Positions 20,298 through 40,585 of a stretch of DNA of 64,000 bases are shown here, one piece after another (position 1 is the stretch's first letter; the number at the start of each line of letters is the position of its first letter). The position numbers were made by a program, and so were the translations under genes. Source of the DNA: the human T2T-CHM13v2.0 reference genome, Homo sapiens; the NCBI RefSeq assembly GCF_009914755.1, contig NC_060943.1, one strand, 5' to 3'. The notes below the pieces were generated by a model that was given only the letters and a program-made list of their open reading frames with translations, did no database searches and had not been told where the DNA came from.

Positions 20298-21719
20298 TAT
20301 TTACAGCATCTTGACAGACTCATTAATGATGTCATTACCCCATTTTGGATGAGGATTCCAAGCCCCTGAGAGGAGAGGCGATTTACTCTCAGACACCCAG
20401 CCTAGCTATAAGACAGAACCAGGATCAGAACCAAGGTCATTTTGGTGTCAAAGCCATGCATGTTTTAAAATGTTTTTCTACAAACTGTCTTGTTTTGGCC
20501 ACGCTCTCAGAATAGGTCATGCCTACAGGCAGGTGCCATTGTTGAGGCTTGTTAAGAGTGTAGAGAAAAAAGAATACTGGCAGGCATTGTGCAGTGGACT
20601 GTGCATAGACGATCTCATTTATTCCATTGTACGGTCAGATGAGCTGAGGTCAGGGGCAGGATTCGAACCCATGTCTCCCTGACAGCAGAACTCAGGTGCT
20701 CATCCACTTGCCAACCAGCTTTCCACTTAGATCATTAGGATAATAGCTACTCTCTCAGCACTAAGTGCTAAGATCTCATTAAATACATACCACCAGGGGA
20801 TGAGGTGAGAACTGTTATCTCTGTTACACATAGAAGGAAATGGAGACATGATTGCTTTGATTTTGACCTAAATGCTCTCCTGCCCCCTCACCCTTTGATC
20901 TTCCATTGAGGTGAGATTGGGGGAGTGCCGCAGTGTGGTCCTCAGAAGACACACCATAGATACACTGTTAGCATTGGATGAAAAAGAAGGGCTTCATACC
21001 TTTCCACAGAGGTCGGTCCTCTTCAAGACCATTTGAATTTAATGCTCAAAGAGTTTCCTTCTCTCCCTGAGTGCTCAGCACCCCTCCGGCCTTGCAGTTT
21101 AGCCTGCCTTAGACTTAGTCTTGCATGTGTAAAAGAAAAAGGGAATGGTTTATTAGATGCTTCCAGACTCCAGAAAAGTCGACAAAAGTTGTTAGTTAAG
21201 TCCTGCCTGGCATGGGGTGTTTTAGAGTACTAGCAGTGCCAATTAAATTTTTTTAAAGGACTAAGTGCTGAGTTTCTATATCTAAATATAGAAAGTAAAA
21301 AATAAGCAAGTCTGAGTTCGTCTTGGAGGAAGTATTGATGTGTTGCTAGAAAGGAAACTTTGGAGGAACTGAGTCCTGGTGTGAAGGAGCAGAGGCGAAG
21401 CCTGACGCTGGCCGACAGCACTGCTGCTAAGAAGGGCCTGCCTGGGGTCCAGGATCAAAACCTGTTTGGATATTTCAGAAAATCAGGATACCAGGAAAGG
21501 AGGTGATTTTCCCCATTGATTTCCAAGCTCCTGAGGGGCATCTCTCCATTTTTTTAGTGTCCGTCCTGCCACAGACACCTCCCAGGAGCAGGGCCAGCCA
21601 CCACAGCTCTGACAGGGCAGTCGAAGGGCTGAAATACCAGTTCCTAGTCCATGGGGAAGTCCCCACCAGCTCTCACCGGAGGGCCGTCTAGTCTTCCTAT
21701 GTCACCAAAGTATTTTTTG

Positions 21720-22439
<720 letters not shown>

Positions 22440-22584
22440 TCATGCTGTTTGGAAGTGCTTTGTTCCTAAAGTATGTGGTATCTATTTTGCCTGGTATATT
22501 ACCCCTGATTTTATTGAATCATAGAATTCAAGAGTTCTGACTAAGACTTCTCTGGAGCCTTAGAGCTCTGGCACATCTTCTAGA

Positions 22585-23105
22585 ATGGCAGTTCTCCAAG
22601 TGTGGTTCGCTGGCCAGCAGCAGCAGCATCATCTGGGAATGCATTAGAAATGCAGATTTTGAGGCCAGGCGCAATGGCCCACACCCAGAATCCCAGCATT
22701 TTGGGAGGCAATGGCAAGAGGATCGCTGGAGCCCAGGAGTTTGACACCAACCTGGGCAACAAAGTGAGACCCCCATCTCTACGAAAAAAAAATTTAAAAA
22801 TTAGCCAGGTGTGGTGGTGCACACCTATAGTCCCTCGCAGCTACTCAGGAGGCTGAGGTGAGAGGATCGCTTGAGCCTGGGAGGTTGAGGCTACAGTGAG
22901 CCAAGATGGTGCTACTGCACTCCAGCCTGAGTGACAAAGCAAGACCTTGTGTACAAAAAAAAAAAAAAAAAAAAAAAAAAAATTCTTGGGCTCCCCTCCA
23001 AACTGACTGAATCCAAAACTCTGTGGCTGGAGCCCCCGCACCTGCACCGTAACAGGCCCTCCAGGTGACTCTGCTGCATGCTCACTCTTGAGAAATAGTG
23101 ATTTT
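22585..23105. mobile_element. MER5A-like hAT transposon split by an AluJ-like element (+, 22663-22982)
   Basis: MER5-like halves (ttctccaagtgtgg...agcatcatctgggaatgcattagaaatgcag / ctgaatccaaaactctg...ccctccaggtgactctg...ttgagaa) on either side of the Alu. Confidence 0.8.
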
Positions 23106-23119
23106 GAGCATCATAGAAG

Positions 23120-23340
23120 AAGAACTCAGGTAGGATTCAAATCCCATCTGTGCGACTCACTCATTCTCTACATGTTCCTTTACCTCCTGGTCTCAGCGTT
23201 CCTGTCTGTAGAATGGGATAATAATCACCAGTCTGGAGGGGTTATTGTGAGAACTGCTATGAAAAGGCACGAAAGCACTTAGCACCGTGTGCCTCATACA
23301 GAGTAAGCATTTGATAAATGGCTTATCATTATTGTTATTA
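23120..23340 (+). mobile_element. MIR remnant
   Basis: ggattcaaatccca...ctgtagaatgggataataa...gttattgtgaga...agcacttagcaccgtg. Confidence 0.7.
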
Positions 23341-23439
23341 GCTAGCTTCCTAGACCAGGTATTCATCTTTTTAAACAGTACCCCAGTCAGATGGTTGTCT
23401 GGTGAGAGGAGATTCAAAAATTCTGGTCTATTTCAATGA

Positions 23440-23812
<373 letters not shown>

Positions 23813-26289
23813 TTGTAATTCCCATTCTTGATTGTAGCTCTGTCCCCTAGAACCATTGGAACAAGACTTTTCTACATGGCCTTGTTCAGATATTTGAACA
23901 TAGTGATCTTGGCTGTTCTGAGCTTTTTCTTGTTCTATTTCCAAAGATTAACTTAAACATAGAAGATAATTGCAGCCAGTAGGGAGGGCTTTTAAAAAAG
24001 AAGGAGAGAAACAGAAAAGGCCTGCAGCCAAGGCTATGCTTTGGTGACATGGGTCTTTGGAGATTTCTGGTAGGTAAGGATGCCTGTGAGTTTAAGGTTG
24101 AGGCTTTCTCAGATGGACTTGGGAGCCTGCAGTAGACATGGTGGGTGGAGGTCACTGTTGGTAAGAATTCTGCCTTCTGCCACTGGCGGGTGTGGGCCAG
24201 AGTCACCCCTAGGGTGTTTCCATGTAGGAACAGTGGGGTGTTCTAGACACAAATGCCTTAATATCCAGCATCTTTGCCAGGGGGTCTGCTCCAGGACCCC
24301 AGCCCTTTTCCTGCTGTGGTCTCAGGCCTTTGGCAAGCTGCCCGTGCTCTTTCCAGCGTCCTGTTTCTCACCTGGGTTGCCAGCTCCCTGCAGCCTTGGT
24401 GGTGTTTGCAGCCTGCTCTCAGTTTTTTTAATCTTTTTTTAATTGATGTCTAATTAGTAGTTACGATAAATTGCACTAGCCAAGCAAATGCTACCTTTCC
24501 TAAATTACGCCGTGGTATTGTGTACGACAGCAGCAGGGTTGCTATTTTAAAATGGGATTGCGTAAAATAAACATGTGCCCAGATGACAGGAAGTACTAAG
24601 TTGATGATTAATTGATGCTCTGGTACGGCCTCGTGCTTTCCAGTGCTTCCATTTGTGTGACGATCCATCTAGTGAAGTTTCAGCAGGTCCACACCACTGA
24701 TAATTGCCAGATCGCTAATTTGCAGTTCGTCTCCTGCCCTCTCATGCCGGGGCCGGTGGCCATTATGAGGCAATGCAGAGCAGTCCTCAGTCCCGCTGAA
24801 GGTCAGGGTCACCAGAAGGTGATGTGCGGCCCTCGGCTGGCCAGGTCTTCTGCAGCTCGGAGACTGCCTCTCTACACTGAGACTCAGGAACGGTGACATT
24901 GCTGCATTATTCCGGACTCTTGAGACTGGTGCTATTTGTCCTGTCATTTTCTTTGTATTATGTAGGGCTGATATTCAGGGAAAGGGAAAATAACTTAGAT
25001 TTAGTTTTATTTGTTTTTTTCAAATTAGGAGATGAAGACTTGAGCCTGCTGACACATACCCAAGGCTTGCTCATATGTGAAATAGGTAGAAGTTTAAATA
25101 TGTCTTGAGAGCAGTTGAGAAAAGAGTCAGTGGAAAAATTACTAACTAGTGCTGGTGAGCAGGGTCTCGACAGCACAGGGGGTACGGGTGTGCCATCTCA
25201 AAAGCTGCCCTGGTGCTTAGGCCAGAGGGCTTCACCCAAGTGTGGTGCTGCTTCTGAGAAACGGGGGTGCTGTGGTCCGTACCCCAGCCTGGTGGATTAA
25301 TAGGAAGCAGCAGAAGCTTGAGCCAGGTGTCTTCTGGAACACTAAGGAGGCAGGACAGTGGCAGAGTCCCCGGACTCAGACCACTCTGCCTCTTAGCAGC
25401 TATGATCTGGGGCAAGGACTTCACCTTTCTGAATCTTAGTTTCCTCATGTGTGTATTCTCTACCTACCCAGTAGCTCTTCCCATGAGGTGTGGGAGATTA
25501 AATGGCATCATCGTTTATTTAATAAACAAGCGAATGGTGGATGGGGACAAAGCACCTAGCTCAGTGCACAGCGTGTGACCACTCTGATATGGAAAGTGCC
25601 AGCACTCTCCCAGGCGAGTACAGCAGTGGCAGCTCCTTTGTAACTAGGCGTTGCTTGGTAGGATGTCCCTGGGGTTGGTCCATTAACCTCCTTTTCTCTC
25701 GGGGAAAGGGCCTTGGTGCAATTAACAGCTTTTAAGCCAGAGAATTGATGCCTCTTGCTCCAGTGTTCTTGAAGCCTCAAGAAGTCTGGGACCCCAGAAA
25801 ACAGGCAGGCCAGTTGCTTTTATCTTGCCTGATGGCTGTCTCTCCAGAGGTAGCAGTGACAATAACAACCAACACGTGGCTCTCGGAAGCCTGACTGACT
25901 CCAGGGCCCGGTGCTCTCTACTGTCGGCACTGTTTCTGTTGTCCAGGGGCAGCACCCACAGTGCTTCCTCTGTGCACCTTCAGCAAGACAGAGTCGCTCA
26001 AAGCCAGTCTTCAGAAGGGACCCAGGGTTGCTTTAGCCATGAGACCCCATGTCAGTTTTCACAGTGACTTCACTGTCCTTTCGACAAAGTCCTTGAGATC
26101 TTGATGGCTCACAGTGGACTTCGTTCCCAGGACAGGGTGAGTGGACTCAGTAGACAGCTTGGAATCCACTCTAAGCTGAACAGTGCTCCTCTGCCCACGG
26201 TAGGATGGGGAGGGAGTGGGAGCCCATCCTTCCCTTGATATTTTATTCTAACTTACGTATTTAATTGACTTTTACTACTTTTTTTCTTG

Positions 26290-27700
<1,411 letters not shown>

Positions 27701-27863
27701 GAAAATGGAGGTCAGATGGGTTGAAGCATCTAGAAAAATCAAACGAGAGTGTGCTGAGGCCTGCTCCTCTCTTGTGGTGGGCACCTCATGGACTTTCCCT
27801 GGCTTTCTCCTTGTCTTCGAGCCCAGCCCTCCTCATTCTCTGCTCTCCAGTTCCTGCTCCTAA

Positions 27864-28148
<285 letters not shown>

Positions 28149-29370
28149 TGAACCGAAGCACCATCCCTGCCCAAGCTGGGTCATGTAGGCCACTCCCCAC
28201 ACTGCCACTCACAGATGCTCTTCCAGGTTGCCCGGGCACATGCCTCCCTCACCACACTGAAGAGCTTTGCCTGTTTTCCCATGCAGAGCTAGTTGCAGGC
28301 ACATGATATACAAGTCGGGTTGAGATGTGATCCTGTTTTGCCAGGGCCTCAGATCTACCCTCCTCACAAAGTCCCAGCACCAGAGAAAGTGAGGGACCAT
28401 CGTGTGAGGAGCTGAGCCCTTGGGACAGAGACCCAAGTTACATAGCTCTTGGCAGGGACTCCCTTCTCCTAAGCTGAGCCAGCTTCAAGAGGCCTAAAGT
28501 CAGGCAGCCAAACTACCTCTTGGAATTGCCCACACTGTGGGATGAGAAGCCACGTCCCCCAGTGCCAGAAGCAAAAGCACCAGAGCAGGGCACATTCCCA
28601 TCTATCAGCAGCCAGGGCAGGAGGCACCACCCAGAGTGGACACCACACCCACTTCCCAGGTGGGCGGCCCTTGCGCCTTGCAGCACCGCAGTCGGGCTCA
28701 GCTGGCCGGCAGCAGGCAGAGGGGACCGCAGGACAGGGAAACGCCTGCTAATCTGTGGGAGACACGAGGCCAAAGTGAGGGTAGAGCCCCCAGTGTGGGA
28801 TGCATTTGTATATATGGGAGATCCTGTACCAGCTTACCTCCCCCATAGTGGAACCTGGTACTGTCCATCTGTAGAGATTTCTTCGTCATCAGGAACGCAC
28901 TGAAGTATGTATGCAATGAGAAGGAAAGCATGACATGGGTCAGCGGTGCCTGTGGCTGGGAAGGGCCAGAGAGAGAAAAAATGAGCCTATTTGCCCTCCC
29001 ACCATAGGGGACAAGGATGGAGGCAGCAGTCACAGTGGTTGCTAACATCTTTGTGACCTACCTGGAAAGCGAGCCACCCTTTAGGAAAGCCGCCTCCTTC
29101 TTCTGTGATGGGAAGGGAGTAAGGAAGAGGCAACAGCATATCAAAGCCAGATGAAGGCAAGCTCCTGGCACCAAAAACCAGCATGTGGGGGTAGCACCCC
29201 TGCCCCGAGAGTGGTAGAAGGGGCAGTTCAGCAGTCTCGGAAAGAGGTGCTGGGGCCAGCCCATGCCTGAACCTCAGAACTCGCGTTAGCGCTCACAAGT
29301 CCCACCCCTCCAATCCTTGCCAGTCCTGAGGCCGTCTCTGGCTCCTTGAGGTTTCTCTAGCCTCTCCTGA

Positions 29371-29709
<339 letters not shown>

Positions 29710-31223
29710 TGACAGCAATGGGACTTGCAAATCGGGCTCCTGCCCTTGTAGACCTTAGGTGCTTATCTGAGGGTTACACCAAGAGAGTTGCAGGTTTCCC
29801 CCAAACTCTCATTAGTTAAGAGCATGGTTTCGGTGTCAGACTTGGCTCCTTCGCTTGTGGCCGACTTAACCTTCCCTGCCCCTTGTGTCCTGCCGTTGTT
29901 ACCATCCCTACTCCTGCGGATGAAATTCTATTCGGAAAGGCCTAGAAGTGAGGCTGTGAATAGCCTATTTAATAGTAGGTCTTATTTTTCTTTCCCCTCT
30001 TCTTACCTGTCTTCTCCTACCTCTCATGTAATGAAGTTAACATGGGTCTAGGGTCCTACAGCCTCTTAGGAAGCCGGCCTCTGGAGGGAAAGAGATGACT
30101 CCAGTGGCCCTGGCCAAGTAATCATTTGATGCTGTAGCAAATTAGCACCTCTGGTTTTAATGGTATCCTGTGTGCCATGCCACCTTGCCTCATCAGTTGT
30201 TCCTGCCCCAGCCTGCCTCTCTGTAGAGGTGTTTGTCCAGATGGGCGAGCCTTCTCACTGGCCAGCCTTTCCCTGGACTTTGTGTAGTACCACAGAGGAT
30301 GCCTGACCTCTCAGAGCGTCCCACCATGTGGCCCTCACTACCTTTTAAGTCATCAGCAGCCTTCCTGCTTTGTGCCTCTGGCAGGCCAAGACCCAGCAGC
30401 AGCCCTTGCTGTGCAGCTGCAGAAGGGAGTGTCTCTGCTAGCTGCCCAGAGATCACAGCCACCTGTGATCCAGCAACCAGAGGGTGGGGAAGAGGAAAGG
30501 AGACGTGTTCCTCAGGGGCAAGACATTAGTCTCATCTTGTCACTGCCCACCTCTAAAGAGGGAGCTTTAAACAAGCACAATTTATTCACAAGCCTGATGG
30601 TGTAGGCAGAAATTTGAGGGAGGTGATGGATCAGCATGGCCCCGAGTCCTGGGTCACTGACTCTTAGTAGCATCTGAAGGAGACAGGTGTGCAAGAAGCC
30701 CACCCCTGAACTGTCAGAGCCTCAATAGTGACAGGGCTGCGGGGCCTCCAAGCTCATCCTTCCAGGGTCTGCACTTCCTATGGTGTCTGTTTTCACAATC
30801 TGGATGCCACCTTCACCTTATTCTGTCCACACTCTCTTAGCTGACTGGAATTGTTCACAGCTCCTGACCCTATCTAAGCCCACAGGGATGGGGCAGGAGA
30901 GCGTGGTACTCCTGGGAGGGTCATAGAGTAGCCTGCTTTCTGAAGACGGGAGTCAGGGTTTCTCCAGGGGAGTTAGTGGGTGGGGACAGTTGCAGGCTTC
31001 TCCCCTGATCCTGCTGTCTGAAGATAGAGGCTTTCCCAGCAGTCACTTCTCCAGCAGGCTCCAGGCAGGCACAGATGTGAAGTCGCATGGGAAATCTCTA
31101 TTCTGGAGCCAGCTTTCTTTCCACGGAAGCTTGTCTCACAGTGGAAGTTAGGAAAAGAGGAAGGCGTAGACTGATACCCAGTTTGCTGGAAGCCGGGAAT
31201 TCCTGTCTGCATTTGTCTTGACT

Positions 31224-31243
31224 TGGCGCCATCTAGAGGTGCG
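31224..31243 (-). promoter_or_regulatory. CTCF-like motif
   Basis: Minus strand reads CACCTCTAGATGGCGCCA, close to the CCASYAGRKGGCRS core. Confidence 0.6.
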
Positions 31244-34200
31244 TGAAATCCTGCCACCCGGCAGAACCCCATTGTTTCTGCGGGAACTGCTGACACAGCA
31301 CCTTTTTGTGTAGGGTTGTGGGGCCGGCAGGAACGGGAGGTGCTATTGATAGGGAATCAGCCACCCTTCCCACAGCAGCTCTCACCCAGCTTCCACTGCT
31401 CAGGAGGTGGCTTCTGGCCGCTGCTACTGCAGCAGCCTGGGAAAGGGTGGAGGTTTCCCACTTCCTCTTCCCATTGTGTGTTTCCTGTCCCCGACGGTAC
31501 TCAGCGGGGGCTCCGTTGTCTTGAACCTGACCGAAGCGGGTGGGAGAGGAGAAGATCTTGCTGACATGGCACCTCTCCCGGCCAGAGCAGTTGACTGAAA
31601 AGCTGGGCTGTGGATGTTGCAGGGCCAGGTTCAACTGAGCCGCAGATACCAGGCAGTGCAAAAGTTAGTAGTGTTAAGGGATATTATGGAAAAAAGATGA
31701 TTGTGCCCCAAAGTAGCTCTTCCCAGACTGGCTGGGGTTTCCATGGCTACATCAACTTGACCAGTTCTTTCTACTTAATCCCTGAGAGCAATTGTGTCTC
31801 TATATGTTCAGGCCTTGGAACCAGTTTCAAATCCCATCACAACAAATATCAAGGTCACTAGCAAATGGTTTTGTTAGCTCCAGAATTTCACAATATTGAA
31901 CACTGCTGAAAATGTACTCGCAAAATAGAGACGTTTGTGATTATTTGCCAGTTATTTTCCTCCCACACTCAAGGTGACACGTGGGAGATTCAGAAATGAA
32001 CAGCAGCAGCAACCGCACCGCCCATGGCCTGTGTGCCTGCCTAGGCTGGGCCCGGCTCTCCACGAGGCACTTGATTCCCACCACTGATCTTCCTTTGAGG
32101 AAGATGGTATTATAATACATCTCCATTTTACAGAGAAGGAAACAGCTTCTCAGAGGTGATACAGCCTGCCCAGGGTCACACCGCTAGGGAGTGGCAAGCC
32201 GGGGCTTGAGTCCCTGCGTACGTGGGTGCAAATGAAGTTCTCTGAAGACAGAGCAAAGCTGAGCTTGAAGTGCACAAACCCCAGCAAGGAAGGCGCGAGG
32301 AAGAGGGCTTCACAGGGGAGATGGGCCAGGGTTTCAGGAGGCAGAAGAAAAGGCTTGCGCTGCCTGTTCTGTCTCCTACCTGTAGCCCACCCCCACCTTC
32401 AAGAGTCGCTCTTGCCTGGTTTCTCCCCGTCTCTGTGACTCCCTCCTCCCTGCCTATCTGGAGTCGACCCCGTCCAGCTGGTGTCCACAGGCCCTGTCCT
32501 ATGGCTTTTGTGCTGGAAGGGGTGCTAGAGCTGGCTCCGTCTCAAGCCAGAGGGTCAGGACCAAAGGACCTGTGGCTCCAGGGTCCGCATTAACTCCCTG
32601 TAATAGCTCACAAAATTCAGTCTTTTTAATTTAAGGAGAGACCAGTCATTTTCATCACATTGTTGAAGGGGATGTGTGACCCGAACATGGTTCAGGATGC
32701 CAGCTCATTGTCTCGGCCTTTCCATTTGACAGATGAGACTGTTGGGGCTAGAGATAACAGTGCAGCCTAGGTTACCAGGGGACGGCCCTGCTGCTCTCTG
32801 GGCTCTTGTTCACCAGCTGCCTTGGGACGTTACTGGTTCTGGGATCCTGCCTTCCTTTGATCTGTCCACATAGCTGCCCGAGGGCACGGGGGTGCTTCTC
32901 ACACCCACGTACGGGGTCATTAATTTCACAGCTAGCCAGGCCCCGTGTGGACAGGGACAGATGGCAGTGGGCACACACATATGTGGTCCCAGGCTCAGTC
33001 TGGTGGGACAGGACATTCAACAGGTGATTGCAAAGCCGTGTCTCCAGGGGAAGGACAGCTTGGATTCTCCATCCTGAGCCCTGCAGAGTGAGGTCTTGGC
33101 CTTGGAGTTGTTTACCACCTGGGGCGGGGAGAGCCGACGCCGGACGAGCCTGCGTGATCACTGAAGGGCTGTGACCTTGAGCCGGGCTTTCCCTTTCCTG
33201 GCGATGCAGGCGTGCAGATGGTCAGCGGCGGCCAGCAGGGACTTTCCTCCAGGCACCGAGCTGGCAGCAGCAGACCCAGGCCTAGAGCTTGGTTGGCAGC
33301 CTGGCTGCCAGTGATGGCAAGTGGCGCAGCACAGCCAGGGCAGGAGTGTTCTTTGGGAACAGGGTCTCTGCCGCCACTTTGTTTGACCTTGGACCGGTAT
33401 TCTGGCTTTGTGAGGCCTGGTGTGTCTGTTTTGTAAGAGGTATGGGAAGCTAATCGGTAAGGTCCCTGTGCCCTCTGTCTGTCCCCTCCCCTCCCTCCTG
33501 AGTTCTTGGGGTCTCTATTGTACTAAATTGCTGGATCTGTGTCCAGGCTGTCTTGGTTCAACTGGCCCAAAAATGCCTCCCTTGGACGTTTCTTGTTGTC
33601 TCAGTCGATGGCCCCTAAGTTCAAAAGTATGATGTCCCAGGAAGAGGTGCAGCTCCCAGCCCACGCCCCCTGAGCAAGAGCAGAGCCACCTGGAGCCAAG
33701 CCAAGCAAAGGGGTGAGCGCAGTGTGGAGGCTGGGGTCTCCTCCATAGGCCACCTTCTCTCCCGGCCCACGCCCCTGGACTCCTGTCTACCCCTGACCAC
33801 ACACTGGAGCAGGATGGGTTGTTTGTTGTTGTTGTTGTTGTTAGAAAAAACTAAGTGTCTTGACTCCCAAAGGGCAGGCTGAGGGAGCAGAGGATGTGAG
33901 GATCGGGCCCTCCACAGTCTGGGTCCTGAGGGGACTCTGAAGGGGGTGGAGGTTACACCAAAAGTCTGGACGAGCGGACCTGGGAATCCACAAACCAGCA
34001 CACGCCAGGTGTGGGGAGAAGCCACCCTGGGCACCTGTACCATGGCGGGTCCGGGTTGCAGCAGCTCACCCAGGGCTGGGTGCCCTGACGGCCCTGTCCC
34101 AGTAGGGACACCAGGGAGCCCATTGCCCCTGCTGTTTCTTTGGCCAGTGTAGACACCTGGCCGGGCGGGCTACCTATTGAAGCTGGGGGTCCCTGTACAG

Positions 34201-35016
34201 CAGGGCTCCACTGAAGATGGTGAGTGGCTGCCCTGAGTGTGCCGCTGCCCTGTGACCAGGTCCACACAGACTGTGGCCCCAGCCTTCGGCAGCACCATAG
34301 GGTAGAAGGTGTCCAGGGTGCACGGGCTGGGCTGGCTCTTGGCCACCAGCTTGTTCCCCAGGCCTCTGGCTTGGAGCCTCGGGAGTCTGTGCTTGACCAC
34401 ACCCAGGCCCAGGTTGGAGCGGGATAGCCCAGTCAGCACCGTGCTCAGCAAGTAGCAGCCAGCCAGAGGCGCCGTGAACTCGCCGGGGATGAGGATGGTG
34501 GTCAGGAGGGGAAACAGGGGCAGGGCCAGGAAGGCCTCGAGGAGCCGGCCCAGAGCTCCTAGACTAGAGAGGCACCCACTGGGTCCTTTCCCCTCTTTCC
34601 ACTAGACCGTAAGCGGCAGGGAATTTGGTTTTTGTCCCCTACTGCATCCCCAGTGTGTAAAATAGTACCCAGGCAGGAGCGGGTCCCCGTAAATATCTGC
34701 TCCTCCCACCCACTGCGGATGAACAAATGACCCAAGGAGGAGGGGCCTCCCAAATCCGAGAATGAAAGAATTCGCATTGTCTGACAAGGCAAGAATGGGG
34801 CGCTGTCACCACACAACCTCACCCATCCCCACGTGCTCAGCCCAGCCCTTCTCATGCTCACCTGCCTCTGGGTCAGAGTCACCTCCTCCCTCGCTGAGGA
34901 CTGTTGAGGGACCTGTGCCTGGTTCCAACCAGGGCAGCTGAAAATGCCACACAGGGCACAGACACTGCTGGTGCCTCCCCCAGTCCTGAGTCAGGGGAGG
35001 GTGGGTATAGAAAAAA

Positions 35017-38036
<3,020 letters not shown>

Positions 38037-39169
38037 TCAGGGAGTCCGCACCCCTCCCGGATTCATCAGCAGAATGGCACACATATGTCTCCGGCCGAGA
38101 CGGTCTGGCACCATCATCTATCCCAAAGGAGCCCGAGCCCCCGGGCCCATTAGCAATCATCTGCGCTTTAACAGGCCTCTCTTCACCACCCCCACAGCCG
38201 CCAGCTGTGAGGTCGCTGCCATCTCCTTCGTGAGACCCTCCTGTGGTTCTTCTGAGCCCTGGAGTCCACGAAGGAAACATGGGGGCATCTTTCCCTGCAC
38301 AGAGAAATCTGTCTTAGCCAGCTGGGCTCCAGGTGGGCTCTGGGACGTTTGTGCCTCACCAGCCCCGATGCCCTTCCCAGTCAAGGTGGGCCACACCCAC
38401 TCGGGGATGGCAAGCCCAGTGGCCACAGCTCAGGCCCCACAGCCAGTCCCAGCTCTGCAACTTCTAAACTCAGATACTTCATCCTCAAAATGGGGTGACG
38501 AGTTCCTGCCTCACACGATTGTGGGGACTCATGGAACTGGGCCTGGCGCGGGTTACAAGCTGCATTCCAGGCAGTTGTTTTCCCTCCCCCAGGACATTAG
38601 GATTCCATGATAGGCAAAGTGTGGGCGTTGGGGGAAAAGGGGGTGCGTAGTTCCTTTGGTGAAGTGCATAAGAATTCCCCCACTGTTTCCATCAGCCCCT
38701 CCAACGGGGATGTGTGGACGGTCCCTGTGTCTCTAGGAAAAGGACAGAGCCTTGGTCTCATGACCGACTGACTCCCTCCCTCGAAGGCCTGTTGGCGTGG
38801 GTGGGTGGCAGCGGCCGCCCGTCTCCATCTGGTCAGGAAGCAAGCAGGCTTTCTGCGTAGGGATGCCTGTCTCCAGGGGCAACCGGATGAGCAAAGAATG
38901 GTGTTCTTTATGGCGGAGTGTCTCCAGATTGTTCTGTCTTGGGTGGTGGGGGCCAGGAAGCCCCAGGCACACAGTGCCGCCCTTCAGCGGGGGCCTGGGA
39001 CACAGAGGTGGGCCAGACCCCTGGGCCAGTGCCACTGCCAGGTGTGCCAGCCTTGGGCACAGGCTTTGGGGGAAAGAGTGGGGTTAGTGTCATCCAAAAG
39101 CCCTGGGCTGTCCTCAGAGAAGGCCCATCACAGAGCACGCCCTGGGGTGGCCACCAGCCTCGGCCATGA

Positions 39170-39307
<138 letters not shown>

Positions 39308-40060
39308 TAAGTCGCAGGGCCTTCTGGTTGGTTTTTCCTCCTGAAAATTGACAGCCAGGGTCAGTGTGTCGCAGAACAAGGCTCTGTCCACAAGCCAGTA
39401 GAAGCCTCAGGCCCTGGCCTGGAAGGGGTGCTGGCTGGCCTCCCATGGTGCCCGCTGGTCTCGGTGCCCAGAGCCTCTGCCTCTCGCCCATCCTCAGGCC
39501 TCCCTCCTGCTCCTGTCTGAGGGCAGCCCACGTGGCCTCAAACCTGCCTAACACCAGATAGGGCACTTAGCTCCAGCGGGCATGGGGCCTCTTGTAGGCC
39601 TGTGTCCCAAAGCTGGCAGAGAGAGAAGATCTTCTGGTTGGTACTGATGCTCCAGAAATCTTCTCCTGAATCAAAAACACCTCAGAGTCCCTGAAAGTCC
39701 TCTCACAGCATTCACGTTCCCAGCTGGGGAGAACCGGGACACTGCACCTCGAGAGATGTGCTGCAGGAGACAGCCAGCCTCCGGCATGGAGCACAGCCGC
39801 AGGCGGGAGGCCGTATGGTTGTTCCCTGAAGTTCCATGTGTGTGGAGGAGATCTGCTGGCCGAGTGGCCTCTGATGGCGCTCTGGCTTAGGACACTCAGC
39901 CTCCCTCCCTCGTCACAGCCGGAGCACCGCCACTGCTTTGGCTGGCTGCAGAGTGAGTCCCTGAGGTGGTCCATCCACCCCCAGGGGTTTGCGGGGCTCC
40001 AGGCAGCCTTTCCGAGGTTGGCCATGTAGAGGCACTGGGCTGGAGGGGAGAGGACACTGA

Positions 40061-40585
<525 letters not shown>

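Noticed and set aside
34433-34450. RE1/REST-like TCAGCACCgtGCTCAG
   Set aside because: The right half deviates from GGACAG at two key positions; not supportable without ChIP data
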